A stretch of DNA of 64,000 nucleotides from Deltaproteobacteria bacterium (GCA_029262315.1 JAJCZP010000168.1:10825-74824), one strand, 5' to 3'; numbered from the stretch's first letter, positions 37,194 to 47,145 are shown. The notes: generated by a model from the letters alone, not told the origin. Made by a program: numbers and translations.

Positions 37194-38102
37194 TCACCCC
37201 CCGACACCAGCGGTGGCCCGAGCATGCGCTTGCCGCAACCCGCGACTATCCCCACATGCGGGCGGCACCAGATCGTGCGCAGCGGTCGCGAGCGCACGGT
37301 AGCGAGCCGCCTCGTCATGCCGCCCGCGACGGGCAGCCCCACCAGCCAATAGCGCGCACTTGGTGTCGAGCACGCGCAGCACTGCCTCGCGAGCCGCCGC
37401 GTCAAGCGATCGCTGCGCCAGGAACTTCACCAGCGCGGCAACGCGATATCGGTCGAGTCCCCACATCGAACGGGAAAGCTGATCCGCATGACCTCCCCGC
37501 TTTACGACCAACTGCTCAGGCACCAACCCCACGGGCTCGTCGAGGGCGACCCGCAGCCAGAGCTCGTAGTCCTCGCAGACGGGAAAACTCTCATCGAAAC
37601 CACCGAGTTCGTCGTACGCATCACGGCGAATGGCGACCGCCGAGGGACTCACGAGGCAACGCTCGAGACAGCGCGGAAAGAGCTGCTCTTCCTTGCGATG
37701 CCAGTACCGCGGGTTGCGGTGCCTCCCCGCATCGATCCAGCGCTCCGCCGTCTGCGTAAGCCGATAGGTAGGGTGTGCATCGACCCAGGCCATCTGACGT
37801 GCGAGCTTCGTCTCGAGCCAGAGATCGTCGGAATCGAGAAAGGCGATCCACGCGCTGTCGACCGCAGCAACCCCGGCGTTGCGGGCGGCGGCAACGCCGA
37901 CGTGCGGCCGGCAGAGGACGCTGGCGGCAATCGAAGCACCCTGCATCGCCTCCTCGGCCGCCACAGCGGTCCGGTCGTCCGAGCCATCGTCGACCACGAC
38001 CAGCGCGTGATCGTCATATGTTTGCGACAGCACCGACGCGATGGCGTCGAGCACGAAATCTGCCCGGTTGCGCACGGGGATCACGCACAGCACCCGCGGC
38101 AT
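37194..38102 (-). CDS. family 2 glycosyltransferase
   Basis: MPRVLCVIPVRNRADFVLDAIASVLSQTYDDHALVVVDDGSDD...FLDSDD has the GT-A DxD motifs. ATG at complement of 38100-38102 overlaps the engB stop (ATGA). The longer ORF to 38207 is rejected. Confidence 0.75.
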   Translation of the reverse strand: MPRVLCVIPVRNRADFVLDAIASVLSQTYDDHALVVVDDGSDDRTAVAAEEAMQGASIAASVLCRPHVGVAAARNAGVAAVDSAWIAFLDSDDLWLETKLARQMAWVDAHPTYRLTQTAERWIDAGRHRNPRYWHRKEEQLFPRCLERCLVSPSAVAIRRDAYDELGGFDESFPVCEDYELWLRVALDEPVGLVPEQLVVKRGGHADQLSRSMWGLDRYRVAALVKFLAQRSLDAAAREAVLRVLDTKCALLAGGAARRGRHDEAARYRALATAAHDLVPPACGDSRGLRQAHARATAGVGG

Positions 38103-38764
38103 CAGCGCGCCCGTGCTTTCGGAGCCGAGGATGCTGGCTGCGATTTCGGTCTCGGCGGGGCACCTGGCTTGCCGCGTGGCCCAGCCGGCTCCTTCTCCTG
38201 CATCCACTGCCGGATCGTACGCCAGACCGCGTCCACCCCCTCGCCCTTGACCGCGGAGAACGGCACGACCGGCAGGCCAACCTCGGACAATGCCTTCAAG
38301 GCACGGGTGCGGTCGCGCCGGTTCAGCTTGTCCACCTTCGTGGCCACGAGCAACGCCGGCAGGCCACGGGTCGCCAGAAAGTCGAGGAGCTGTTGCTCCT
38401 CGGCCTCGGGTCCGCGACGCACATCGACCAGGATCACGACACCGACCAGGACCGCGCGATCGCCGAGATAGCTCTCGACCAGCGGACGCCAGGCGGCACG
38501 CGCGCTCTGGGAGACCCTGGCATAGCCGTACCCCGGAAGGTCGACGAACACGAGGCGATCGTCGATCGCGAAAAAGTTGATCTGCTGCGTACGCCCGGGG
38601 GTACTGCTCGTACGCGCGAGCTTCCGACGCCCGAGGAGCCGGTTGATCGCCGAAGACTTGCCAACGTTGGACCGACCCGCGAACGCCACCTCCGGATGCG
38701 TGGCCGGAGGGAAGCGCCCAGGCTGACTCGATGCGCCGGCGAACGTGGCCGTGGAAATCTTCAC
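38102..38764 (-). CDS. engB: ribosome biogenesis GTP-binding protein YihA/EngB
   Basis: GRSNVGKSSAINRL is G1. DLPGYGYA is G3. TKVDKL is G4. Confidence 0.85.
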   Translation of the reverse strand: MKISTATFAGASSQPGRFPPATHPEVAFAGRSNVGKSSAINRLLGRRKLARTSSTPGRTQQINFFAIDDRLVFVDLPGYGYARVSQSARAAWRPLVESYLGDRAVLVGVVILVDVRRGPEAEEQQLLDFLATRGLPALLVATKVDKLNRRDRTRALKALSEVGLPVVPFSAVKGEGVDAVWRTIRQWMQEKEPAGPRGKPGAPPRPKSQPASSAPKARAR

Positions 38765-38792
38765 CCGGCCACCCTTCGCCGACCGGCGATCG

Positions 38793-39341
38793 CTATCCTT
38801 GTGCCTCGATCTGTTTCAGGGTCCCGCTGACGAGGTCGTCAAACAGGCCCTTGATCGCCGTCTTCTGCACACTCACGGGCACCGGGATATTCGCCTTGTC
38901 CTTCTGAATGGCCCGGTAGATGAGGGTCGTGCCTTTGCCGTCGGCGCTCGGCTTCAGCTCGTAGCTCCCATCGATCTCGGCGAGCGAACTCTCGAGGGTC
39001 TTGAGATTCACCCTCTTGGCATCCGGCTCCATGGTGAGTTGCATCGTAAACGCTTGCACCTGTCCCAGCGCTTTCACCCGGTAGTCGAGAACCTTGACGT
39101 TCCCCTCTTCCTTGACGAGCTTCGTCTGCTGGTAGGACTCGGAATACTTCTCGAGGTTCTCCGGCGACTGCAGCCCCGCCCACGCCTTGTCGATCGGGAT
39201 ATCGATGTCTTTGCTGAGCCGAATGGTAAAGGTGTCGCCCACCTTCTCGAGGACCTCGCCTTCCTCGAGCTTCGGCGAGCACGCGGCCAAGCCAACCAAC
39301 ACGACGGCGACCGCACTGGTCGCGATGAGCGTTCTCTTCAT
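38793..39341 (-). CDS. lipoprotein (hypothetical); locally lower-GC gene
   Basis: MKRTLIATSAVAVVLVGLAACSP is a lipoprotein signal with lipobox LAAC. Lys-rich mature protein. GC looks ~58% by eye versus ~68-70% in neighbours. Confidence 0.6.
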   Translation of the reverse strand: MKRTLIATSAVAVVLVGLAACSPKLEEGEVLEKVGDTFTIRLSKDIDIPIDKAWAGLQSPENLEKYSESYQQTKLVKEEGNVKVLDYRVKALGQVQAFTMQLTMEPDAKRVNLKTLESSLAEIDGSYELKPSADGKGTTLIYRAIQKDKANIPVPVSVQKTAIKGLFDDLVSGTLKQIEAQG

Positions 39342-39459
39342 GGGTGAGCCCTCCTGATTCGATGCTTCGGGGCTTCCCTGTCAGAAACCCGCCGCGCTGA
39401 CAAGCCGACAGGCCCCGAGGCTGATCCGCCCCGAAACCCGCGGCATGTCATTTAGACCC

Positions 39460-39903
39460 TCAATAGCCCTTGAAAGACTCGTCCGAGCCTGCCTCAACGG
39501 GCGCCGGCGGGGTGCTCTCGGTCCGGGTGGGTGTCAGCTGCTGCGCCCCGGACAAGGCGACCTCGGTCGGCTTCGGCTCGGTCGTACCGCTGAACATGAC
39601 CGTTTCCTCGCCACGAAGCATGGTCGGCGTGACGACGTAGGTTCCACCCATCGACGGGTTCCAGACCTTGCGCGCGACGTCGAGGTTGCCGCCCGTCAAC
39701 GCGTACGCGAAACCACCCGTGATCCCGCCTAGCGTGGCATAGACGATCTTCGTGGGCATGTAGACCAGGTTGGCTCCACTTGCGCCAAGGCCCATGCCGA
39801 AGTCGCGGGCGAATTGATTCTCCTCAGCCTGCGCGATCGTCCCGGAGCCCAACAGCATGCCCAACAGCGCGACCACTACTGCCGCGCCCCTTGTCTTCCG
39901 CAT
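39460..39903 (-). CDS. secreted hypothetical protein
   Basis: MRKTRGAAVVVALLGMLLGSGTIAQA is a signal peptide. Gly/Thr-rich mature protein. An upstream in-frame extension to 39948 is possible. Confidence 0.5.
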   Translation of the reverse strand: MRKTRGAAVVVALLGMLLGSGTIAQAEENQFARDFGMGLGASGANLVYMPTKIVYATLGGITGGFAYALTGGNLDVARKVWNPSMGGTYVVTPTMLRGEETVMFSGTTEPKPTEVALSGAQQLTPTRTESTPPAPVEAGSDESFKGY

Positions 39904-39947
39904 TACCGCTTCTCCCATCATCAACCCCTCCTCAGCGTTATTTACCA

Positions 39948-40682
39948 CTACTCCTCGGTTTTGACGACACTCCCGTCCGGTAGCACCCCTAAAAGATAGG
40001 CGAAGGCGCGGGCGACATACGGACCGTCCTTCGATTCCAGCGTCACCTTGACGGTGTACTCCGGGTGGCCAATTTTCGGATAAGATCCCAGCATCAAGTC
40101 CGGGAATTCACGCATCGTGTCGTTCAGAAACTCCGCGATCGTCCCCTCTCCAGCCGAAGTATAGATCACTTTCAGCTGGTACGGGATCCCGGTGAACCGG
40201 GTTTTCAAGCGCGCGACCTTCTGCTGAAAGATCTCGGGAATCCCCGGCAGAATGTAGATGTTCTCGACCTTGATGGTGGGGAAATTCAGGCTGACATCGG
40301 TAATGAGCTCGGCGCCATCAGGGACCTCGGCCATCTTCAGCCGCGCATCGTTGATCTTGTCACCGTAGAAGCCCCGCAGCTTCTCCTCGATGTCAGGATG
40401 TCGGACGACCGCCCGGCCCAGTGCACCTGCGATCCCCTCGATCGTAATATCGTCGTGCGTCGGGCCCACTCCGCCGGAGGTGAACACGAGATCGTACGCC
40501 GCGCGGCACGCGTTCACCTCCTGGCCGATCATCGCCAGATCGTCGGGCACGACCACCACGCGCTGCAGCGCGACCCCGACGCTCCGCAATTCGGTTGCGA
40601 GGAAGTGAGAATTCGAGTCCGCGACCTTCCCGGAGAGAATCTCGTTGCCGATGACAATTGCGGACGCGGTGAGCTCACCCAT
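39948..40682 (-). CDS. CinA-like molybdopterin-binding (MoCF biosynthesis domain) protein
   Basis: MGELTASAIVIGNEILSGKVADSNSHFLATEL...VFTSGGVGPTHDDIT is the CinA N-terminal / MogA-MoaB-like domain. Confidence 0.75.
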   Translation of the reverse strand: MGELTASAIVIGNEILSGKVADSNSHFLATELRSVGVALQRVVVVPDDLAMIGQEVNACRAAYDLVFTSGGVGPTHDDITIEGIAGALGRAVVRHPDIEEKLRGFYGDKINDARLKMAEVPDGAELITDVSLNFPTIKVENIYILPGIPEIFQQKVARLKTRFTGIPYQLKVIYTSAGEGTIAEFLNDTMREFPDLMLGSYPKIGHPEYTVKVTLESKDGPYVARAFAYLLGVLPDGSVVKTEE

Positions 40683-40691
40683 GCACGAGCC

Positions 40692-42344
40692 TCAGATCGA
40701 CATCGAGCCTTTGCGAAACTCGCTCACGCCGAGCTTGACGTTGACGAGCGCCGGCTTACCCGCGCCGAGTGCCCGCTCGAGCGCGGGGCGGATGTCGGCG
40801 GGGCGCTCGACGTACTCGCCGTGCCCACCGAGCGCCTCGACCACCTGATCGTACCGGGTGAAGGCCAACTCCGTGGCGACGGACCGCTCCATGCCGTACA
40901 TCTCGACCTGGCCGCGCCGGATCTGCATCCATGCGGCATCGTTGCCGATCACGCCGACGACGTTGATCTTCTGACGTACCATCGCCTCGAACTCGAACCC
41001 GTTCAATCCGAACGCCCCGTCACCGTACACGATGACGACGTTCTTGTCGGGTCGTGCGAGCTTGGCGGCCATCGCGTAGCCCGGCCCGACGCCAAGGGTG
41101 CCGAGTGGTCCGGGATCGAGCCAGTGCGCGATCTTCGAGATCCGCAAGACCGACGCCGCCGTCGCGACGAAGTCACCGCCGTCGCCGATCACCGTCGTGT
41201 CCGGATCGAGTACTCCGTCGAGCTCCTTACAGAGGCGGAGCGGATTGACCGGGGCCGCGTCGGATTCCATCTCGGGACGCATCTGCTCGTGACGCTGCGT
41301 CTCCTTCTCGCGCAACTCCGCGACCCACGACCGGACGTCCGCACTCCCACCTTTGGCCTGCCCGGGGGTCGCCGCCGCGAGCTGCGCCATCACGAGACCG
41401 GTATCACCGACGATGCCAACATCGACATTCCGATTGCGACCGATCTCACCGCCATCGAGATCGACCTGGATCAGCTTCGCGTCGGGGTTGAGATGGGTAT
41501 CGCGCCCGTAGCCCAGCCGGAAATCGAGCGGTGTCCCGAACACGAGGATCACATCGGCCCCGCGCAGAGCGTCTTTCCGTGTCCGGTGGAAATAGTTCGC
41601 GTGATCCGGAGGAAGCGATCCCCGTCCCTGCCCGTTTACGTACACGGGCATGCCGAAGTGCTCGACGAACGGCTCGTAGGCGTCGCGGCGCTTCGACCAG
41701 AAGAGCTGGCTCCCGACCAGCGCGACGGGACGTTTCGCCCCGGCCAGCAACTCGGCCGCACGCTCGATGTAGGTGGGGTCACCCGCGATGGTCGCCTCGG
41801 TTCGATAGCCGGTTGGGACGACGACGTCGTCCTCGGCGACAGTCCCGAACAAGAAGTCGACCGGCATCTCGAGAAACACCGGACCGGGGACGCCGGTCGT
41901 CGCGATGCGGAACGCCATGCTGACGTACTCCGCCAGCCGCCGTGGCTCGGGAACGGCGTGCGACCACTTGGTGATGGGCCGCATCAAATCGACATGATTC
42001 ATGTCCTGCAGCGAGCCCATGTCCTGGAGGCTGCGTGGGCCCTGTCCGCCGATGCAGATCATCGGGATATTGGCCCGCCACGCACTGGCCACACCCGTCA
42101 CGGCGTCGGTCAATCCGGGCCCCGCTGTCACGATCGCGACGCCGGGCTGGCCGGTGACGCGCGCCCAGCCATCCGCGGCGTGAGACGCCGTCTGCTCGTG
42201 CCGGGTATCGACGACGCGAATCCCGACATCGAGGCAGCCGTCGTAGATGGGCATGACGTGCCCGCCGCAAAGCGTAAACACATGGGACACGCCCTCGGCC
42301 TTGAGTGCGCGCGCAACGATCCTACCGCCGTGAAGCTGCTCCAT
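40692..42344 (-). CDS. thiamine-pyrophosphate-dependent enzyme (acetolactate synthase large-subunit-like)
   Basis: N-terminal TPP pyrimidine-binding domain (GVSHVFTLCGGHVMPIYDG), central domain, and C-terminal TPP-binding GDGAFGLNGFE motif. Start at ATG complement of 42342-42344 (MEQLHGGRIVARAL). Confidence 0.8.
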   Translation of the reverse strand: MEQLHGGRIVARALKAEGVSHVFTLCGGHVMPIYDGCLDVGIRVVDTRHEQTASHAADGWARVTGQPGVAIVTAGPGLTDAVTGVASAWRANIPMICIGGQGPRSLQDMGSLQDMNHVDLMRPITKWSHAVPEPRRLAEYVSMAFRIATTGVPGPVFLEMPVDFLFGTVAEDDVVVPTGYRTEATIAGDPTYIERAAELLAGAKRPVALVGSQLFWSKRRDAYEPFVEHFGMPVYVNGQGRGSLPPDHANYFHRTRKDALRGADVILVFGTPLDFRLGYGRDTHLNPDAKLIQVDLDGGEIGRNRNVDVGIVGDTGLVMAQLAAATPGQAKGGSADVRSWVAELREKETQRHEQMRPEMESDAAPVNPLRLCKELDGVLDPDTTVIGDGGDFVATAASVLRISKIAHWLDPGPLGTLGVGPGYAMAAKLARPDKNVVIVYGDGAFGLNGFEFEAMVRQKINVVGVIGNDAAWMQIRRGQVEMYGMERSVATELAFTRYDQVVEALGGHGEYVERPADIRPALERALGAGKPALVNVKLGVSEFRKGSMSI

Positions 42345-42494
42345 GAGTGTCCTGCCCCCCTGAAGAAGAAATGAGCGAGCGGGTATTATATCCGCCGTGC
42401 TCGAACCCTGGCAAGGAGAGGCTGGCTGGAGCACCGTCGCAGGGCGGTTCACCTCGCAACCGACGTCGGCGCGGGCAGAAAGCTCGTGATCCGC

Positions 42495-43547
42495 CTAGCC
42501 GACTTCCATGTCGACACCGCGGAGATCCTCGAAATGCTCTTCGAGGAACTCGCGCAGCCGCCGTTTTACGCGACTCTCGATCTGACGAACCCGCTCGCGA
42601 CTGATGCCGTAGCGGTCACCGATTTCCTGCAGCGTGTGTGGCTCCTCGGCCAGCAAACGCTCGTCGAAGATCACGCGATCCTTGTCCCGCAACGTCGCCC
42701 CGAACTCACGGATCTTGGTGCCGACGCGTGCCCGGAACTCCTCGCGGGCGACTTCGTCCTCGGTCGTCTCGGTGCCACTTTTCAAGAGGTCGAGCAGCGT
42801 CGACTCGTCACCCTCTCGCACCGGCGCGTCGACGGACAGATCGCGCCCCGACAACCGCTGATCCATCTCGATGACCTCGCGCTCCTTCACGTCGAGCTGC
42901 TTGGCGAGCGCCTTCGCGTCCGCTGAGAACCCCTTCGCTTCGAGCTTGTCTTTCTCTTTCTGCAGATTGAAGAAGAGCTTCCGCTGGGCTTGGGTGGTCC
43001 CAAGCTTCACCATGCGCCAATTGTTCATGACGTAGCGAATGACGTAGGCGCGAATCCACCACACCGCGTAGGACGGGAAGCGAACGCCCCGATAGGGGTC
43101 GAAGTTCTTCACCGCCTCCATGAGCCCGATGTTGCCCTCCTGAATGAGGTCAAGGAGGGCCTTGAACGAGCGCTGATACTGGCGCGCGATCATGACGACC
43201 AAGCGCAAGTTTCCCGTCACGAGGCGGTACGCGGCCTCGACGTCATGGTCGCGTTGATATCGCACCGCAAGCTCGTGCTCTTCCTCACGCGTCAGCAACG
43301 GGTGGCGGCGGATCTCCTGCAGATAGCGCTGCAGGGGATCGTAGCGGACCAGCGCGCCCGCGTCCGGATCCTCGGACGCAGCGAGAGCACCTCCGATCGG
43401 GCGCGCGATCGGCCGTCCCTCGTCGTCGAGCGCGGTCTCGACCTCGATCTCGGCAACGGCATCGGCCGCGGCGGCCGGCTCTGCATCCGTCTCGGCTACG
43501 ACCTCGACTTCGGGCTCGAGCGGGCCCTTCTGGGATCGTCGACTCAT
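42495..43547 (-). CDS. rpoH: RNA polymerase sigma-32 factor (heat-shock sigma)
   Basis: QRKLFFNLQKEK is the RpoH box. Regions 2 and 4 are conserved. About 70-aa acidic N-terminal extension if the annotated ATG is used. Confidence 0.85.
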   Translation of the reverse strand: MSRRSQKGPLEPEVEVVAETDAEPAAAADAVAEIEVETALDDEGRPIARPIGGALAASEDPDAGALVRYDPLQRYLQEIRRHPLLTREEEHELAVRYQRDHDVEAAYRLVTGNLRLVVMIARQYQRSFKALLDLIQEGNIGLMEAVKNFDPYRGVRFPSYAVWWIRAYVIRYVMNNWRMVKLGTTQAQRKLFFNLQKEKDKLEAKGFSADAKALAKQLDVKEREVIEMDQRLSGRDLSVDAPVREGDESTLLDLLKSGTETTEDEVAREEFRARVGTKIREFGATLRDKDRVIFDERLLAEEPHTLQEIGDRYGISRERVRQIESRVKRRLREFLEEHFEDLRGVDMEVG

Positions 43548-43551
43548 CGGC

Positions 43552-44562
43552 TCAGAGCCTCACGTCAGCGCGAGGATCTCGCGAATAGCCCTTCTCGAGG
43601 GTCTGGATGGCCTCGCGAACACCGTCGTCTGTGCGGTCGGGAACGTGCACCTGAAGCACGACGTAGAAATCGCCGTGCCCGCTCCCTTTCATGCGAGGCA
43701 CCCCTTTGCCCCGCAGGCGCAATTTCGCGCCGCTTTGGCTTCCAACTGGAATCTTGACCTTCACGTTCCCCGCGGGCGTGGGAACCGTGACCTGCGCCCC
43801 GAGCAGCGCCTCACCGATGGTGATCGGGAGGTCGAGCGCCAGATCCTGCCCCAGACGACGTAGCAACGGATGCGGGCGCACCCGGGTAGCAATGAAGAGA
43901 TCCCCGGCCGCACCGCCGCCCGACCCCGCGCCGCCCTTGCCAGCGAGACGGACCCGCGATCCGTCGTCGACCCCCGCGGGGATCTTCACACGCAGGCGCT
44001 CCGATTTCTCGATCGCGCCGGTCCCGTAGCAAGTCGGACACCGGCGGGTCGCCCCGTCCATACCCGACCCACGACAGGTCGTGCAGGTCACCGGCTTCTG
44101 CAACGCGATCGTGGCACTGGTGCCGCGAACGGCCTCGAGGAAATCGATCTCGAGCGAGGACTCGAGATCCGCTCCCCGCGCGGCTGGGGCCTTGCGTCGA
44201 CCCTGGCTCCCGCGGGTCGCACGTTGACCGAACAGATCGCCGAGGATGTCCTCGAAACTGTAGCCGCCGAAGTCGCCCTGGGGCTGAGGACCCGGGCCTC
44301 GCTTGAACTGACGCGCGCGGGTGGGATCGAACCCCGCCTGTAATCCATCGAACCCGAACTCGTCGTACAGACCGCGCTTGTCCGGGTCGGACAGAATGTC
44401 GTGCGCGACCGAGATCCGCTTGAACCGTTCCTCGGCCTTCGCCTCCCCCTGATTCACATCAGGGTGAAACTTACGCGCGAGCTTCCGGTAGGCCTTCTTG
44501 ATGTCGTCGGCCGAGGCCGACTTCTTAACACCAAGCTCGGCGTACAGTTCGGGTGTTGCCAT
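43552..44562 (-). CDS. DnaJ-family chaperone (J-domain, 2 CxxCxGxG zinc motifs, C-terminal substrate-binding domain)
   Basis: ELYAELGVKKSASADDIKKAYRKLARKFHPDVN is the J-domain with HPD. CTTCRGSG and CPTCYGTG are also present. Start set at MATPELY. Confidence 0.8.
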   Translation of the reverse strand: MATPELYAELGVKKSASADDIKKAYRKLARKFHPDVNQGEAKAEERFKRISVAHDILSDPDKRGLYDEFGFDGLQAGFDPTRARQFKRGPGPQPQGDFGGYSFEDILGDLFGQRATRGSQGRRKAPAARGADLESSLEIDFLEAVRGTSATIALQKPVTCTTCRGSGMDGATRRCPTCYGTGAIEKSERLRVKIPAGVDDGSRVRLAGKGGAGSGGGAAGDLFIATRVRPHPLLRRLGQDLALDLPITIGEALLGAQVTVPTPAGNVKVKIPVGSQSGAKLRLRGKGVPRMKGSGHGDFYVVLQVHVPDRTDDGVREAIQTLEKGYSRDPRADVRL

Positions 44563-44652
44563 CGGAGCAAAGACCGCCGTCTCAGGGGGCCAAACGCACC
44601 CGGCACCCGGCCCAGCGCGCGACAATGCGCGGCGTCATCGCGAGGGCCGAAA

Positions 44653-44874
44653 TCAGTCGGTCTTCTCGGGCGGCAATGCCGGCGGCCCGGGATCGCCGAT
44701 CCATACTTTGCCCGAAGCAATCTCCCGCAGCGCGGTGACGACTTCTTTGTTGTCGGCATCGAGCAACGGCCGCGAACCTTTGAGAAGCTGCTTGGCCCGC
44801 TTGGCACCCAGGAGGACGAGCTGGAACCGGTTCGCCACGTTATCGAGACAATCTTCAACGGTGATCCTGGCCAT
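44653..44874 (-). CDS. rpoZ: DNA-directed RNA polymerase subunit omega
   Basis: [30 protein letters not shown] is the canonical RpoZ N-terminus. Confidence 0.85.
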   Translation of the reverse strand: MARITVEDCLDNVANRFQLVLLGAKRAKQLLKGSRPLLDADNKEVVTALREIASGKVWIGDPGPPALPPEKTD

Positions 44875-44956
44875 CTAGTCCTCCTCGGCGAAACCTACGA
44901 GCCACGGGCAATATAGCGGAATCACACCCGTAAGGAAACTGGGCGCCCAGGGCAAC

Positions 44957-45460
44957 TTGACAGCCCCGTGGGGCGCCGATAACGAGAGCGACCTCATGGG
45001 ACTGTTCACAAACATCCGTCGCATGGCGGCGGGCCCACGCGGGCGCCTCCTGGAAGACCTGGTCACCGCATTCAACAGTGAGCAGCAGCTGGCGGACCAA
45101 CTCCGCGCCCATGCCAAGGCCGTGCCGTACCCCTCCCTCGCCGGCAGCCTCAGCGATCTCGCAGGGGGCAACGAACAGAACGGCAGCCTCCTCAAGAGCG
45201 AGATCGAGCGGCTCGGGGGCACGATCCGCGTCCCCGACCAGCCTGTACCGCGCCCTGGCAAAAACTACTGGGAGCGGCTGACGTTCGACCTCGACGATCT
45301 ACGCGCAATGAGCCGCCGCTACGTCGAGTTTGCCCAGCACTGGGACACCGAGTACCCGGAAGCCGCCGCGCTATTCAGCACGCTGGCGCGCGAAGCCGGC
45401 ACCAGCGGACGCACCGTCCGCGATATGATCGCGCGTAGCGACTCACACGCCGTCGACTGA
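44957..45460 (+). CDS. hypothetical protein
   Basis: ORF with protein-like composition and no recognised motifs. Start uncertain (alternative ATG ~44996). Confidence 0.4.
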   Translation: MTAPWGADNESDLMGLFTNIRRMAAGPRGRLLEDLVTAFNSEQQLADQLRAHAKAVPYPSLAGSLSDLAGGNEQNGSLLKSEIERLGGTIRVPDQPVPRPGKNYWERLTFDLDDLRAMSRRYVEFAQHWDTEYPEAAALFSTLAREAGTSGRTVRDMIARSDSHAVD

Positions 45461-45466
45461 TCCCCT

Positions 45467-46222
45467 TCAGCGCCCGCTCGGCACGCGCAGCACCAGGAAG
45501 AACTCGCGATTGCCCGCCGGCCCGATGAGCGGCGACGTCAGCAATCCCTCCACCGCGAGCCCGAGGCCTAGGCTCACCCCCTGCACGGCGGCAAGAACCT
45601 CGGCGTGCAGCGCCGGATCGCGCACGACCCCGCCGGCGCCGACGCGGCCTTTCCCCACCTCGAATTGCGGCTTCACCAACGCGACCACGGTCGCTCCTGG
45701 TCGGAGAAGCGGGATGACCGCCGGCAGCACCAATCGCAACGAGATGAACGAGACGTCGATCGTCGCGAGATCCAGGATCTCCGGGAAGCTGGTCGGCGTC
45801 AGCGTGCGCGCATTGGTGCGCTCCAGGTTGATGACGCGCGCGTCCTCACGCAGTTGCCACGCCAGCTGGCCGTAGCCGACATCGACGGCGTAGACCCGTG
45901 CCGCCCCGCGCTGCAAGAGACAATCGGTAAACCCGCCGGTGGACGCCCCCATATCGAGGCACACCAAGCCGGTGACATCGAGCCCCACACCATCGAGTGC
46001 CCCCGCGAGCTTGACCCCACCCCGGCTGACGAAAGGATGCTCGTGCCCGCGAACCTCGAGCGGGCCATCGATCGCGATCTTCAGACCAGGCTTGTCGAGC
46101 CGCCGGTCGCCCGCGAACACCGCCCCGGCCATGATCAGGCGCTGCGCTCGCTCACGGCTAGGAGCGAGCCCCCGATCGACGAGCACTTTGTCCAGGCGCT
46201 CCTTCCGTCCGGCCGCTGTCAC
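45467..46222 (-). CDS. tlyA: TlyA family rRNA (cytidine-2'-O)-methyltransferase (hemolysin A-like)
   Basis: S4 domain (RLDKVLVDRGLAPSRERAQRLIMAGAV) plus FtsJ-like MTase (CLDMGASTGGFTDCLLQRGAARVYAVDVG). GTG start at complement of 46220-46222. Confidence 0.8.
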   Translation of the reverse strand: MTAAGRKERLDKVLVDRGLAPSRERAQRLIMAGAVFAGDRRLDKPGLKIAIDGPLEVRGHEHPFVSRGGVKLAGALDGVGLDVTGLVCLDMGASTGGFTDCLLQRGAARVYAVDVGYGQLAWQLREDARVINLERTNARTLTPTSFPEILDLATIDVSFISLRLVLPAVIPLLRPGATVVALVKPQFEVGKGRVGAGGVVRDPALHAEVLAAVQGVSLGLGLAVEGLLTSPLIGPAGNREFFLVLRVPSGR

Positions 46223-46254
46223 CTGCTCGCCCCGAGCACTCGACGCTCCCTGGA

Positions 46255-47145
46255 CTACGCCGTCGCGCGCTCGACCACGAACGACGCCAGGGCTCGCAGC
46301 TGGTCGCCCGCCGGGCCGAGAGGCTCGAGCGCCGCGTGGCACTGGGTCTTCAGATCGCACGCGACGCGGCGTGCGCCGTCCACACCAAGCACCGCGGGAT
46401 ACGTGGCCTTCTGGTGCTCGGCATCACGGCCGGCGCGCTTGCCCGTCACCGCTGTCGGTGCGGCATCGAGGATGTCGTCGGCAACCTGGAATGCCAGCCC
46501 GAGCGCACGGCCGAAGGCTCGCAGCGCCTCCAGCGTCCGCCCGGAAGCCCCGCCAGCCAGCGCGCCGGTCTCGACGGCTACCCCCAGGAGCGCGCCGGTC
46601 TTGCGACGATGAATGGCTTCGACCAGCGTCAGATCGGCGGGCTTCCCCGCGGCGTCGAGATCCAGGGCTTGGCCTCCCACCATGCCTCGCTCACCCGCGG
46701 CGACCGCGATCGCCGTGACGATGGCCAGCACACGATCAGGTGCGAGCCCGCTCCGCACACCGCCCTCCGCAGCAACGCGGAACGCGGCCGTCAGCAACGC
46801 GTCGCCAGTGAGCACGGCGACCGCTTCGCCGAACGCAACGTGGACCGTGGGACGACCCCGACGGAGGTCGTCGTCATCCATGGCCGGCAGATCGTCATGT
46901 ACGAGTGAGTACGTATGAATCAGCTCGAGCGCGCAGGCGAAGGGCTCCGCGTGGGCACTCGAACCGCCGACGGCCTCGCACGCGGCAAGCGCCAGGACCG
47001 GACGCATGCGCTTGCCTCCGGAGAACACGGCATAGCGCATCGCCTCGACCAGGTGCGCCGGTGCATCGTCGTGCGGCTGAAGCACCGCGTCGAGCGCGGC
47101 ATCGATCGTCGTCCGCCAATCCGCGAGACTGGCATCGAGCGTCAC
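46255..47145 (-). CDS. ispA: polyprenyl diphosphate synthase (farnesyl/geranylgeranyl diphosphate synthase)
   Basis: LIHTYSLVHDDLPAMDDDDLRRGRPT is the FARM. FQVADDILD is the SARM. GTG start overlaps the xseB stop (GTGA). Confidence 0.85.
   Translation of the reverse strand: MTLDASLADWRTTIDAALDAVLQPHDDAPAHLVEAMRYAVFSGGKRMRPVLALAACEAVGGSSAHAEPFACALELIHTYSLVHDDLPAMDDDDLRRGRPTVHVAFGEAVAVLTGDALLTAAFRVAAEGGVRSGLAPDRVLAIVTAIAVAAGERGMVGGQALDLDAAGKPADLTLVEAIHRRKTGALLGVAVETGALAGGASGRTLEALRAFGRALGLAFQVADDILDAAPTAVTGKRAGRDAEHQKATYPAVLGVDGARRVACDLKTQCHAALEPLGPAGDQLRALASFVVERATA

Noticed and set aside
36401-37759. 452-aa plus-strand ORF
   Set aside because: It is Arg/Pro/Ala-rich and antisense to the radical SAM, hypothetical and GT2 genes.
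37488-38830. overlapping plus-strand ORFs (327 aa, 351 aa)
   Set aside because: They are antisense shadows of the GT2 and engB genes.
39342-39459. imperfect long-range inverted repeat (ggggc..cctgtcag...gacagg..cccc) downstream of the secreted-protein gene
   Set aside because: Pairing is imperfect and no U-tract follows. It is too weak to call as a terminator.
40065-42374. 769-aa plus-strand ORF
   Set aside because: It is antisense to the CinA-like and TPP-enzyme genes. It is Arg/Asp/Leu-rich with no motifs.
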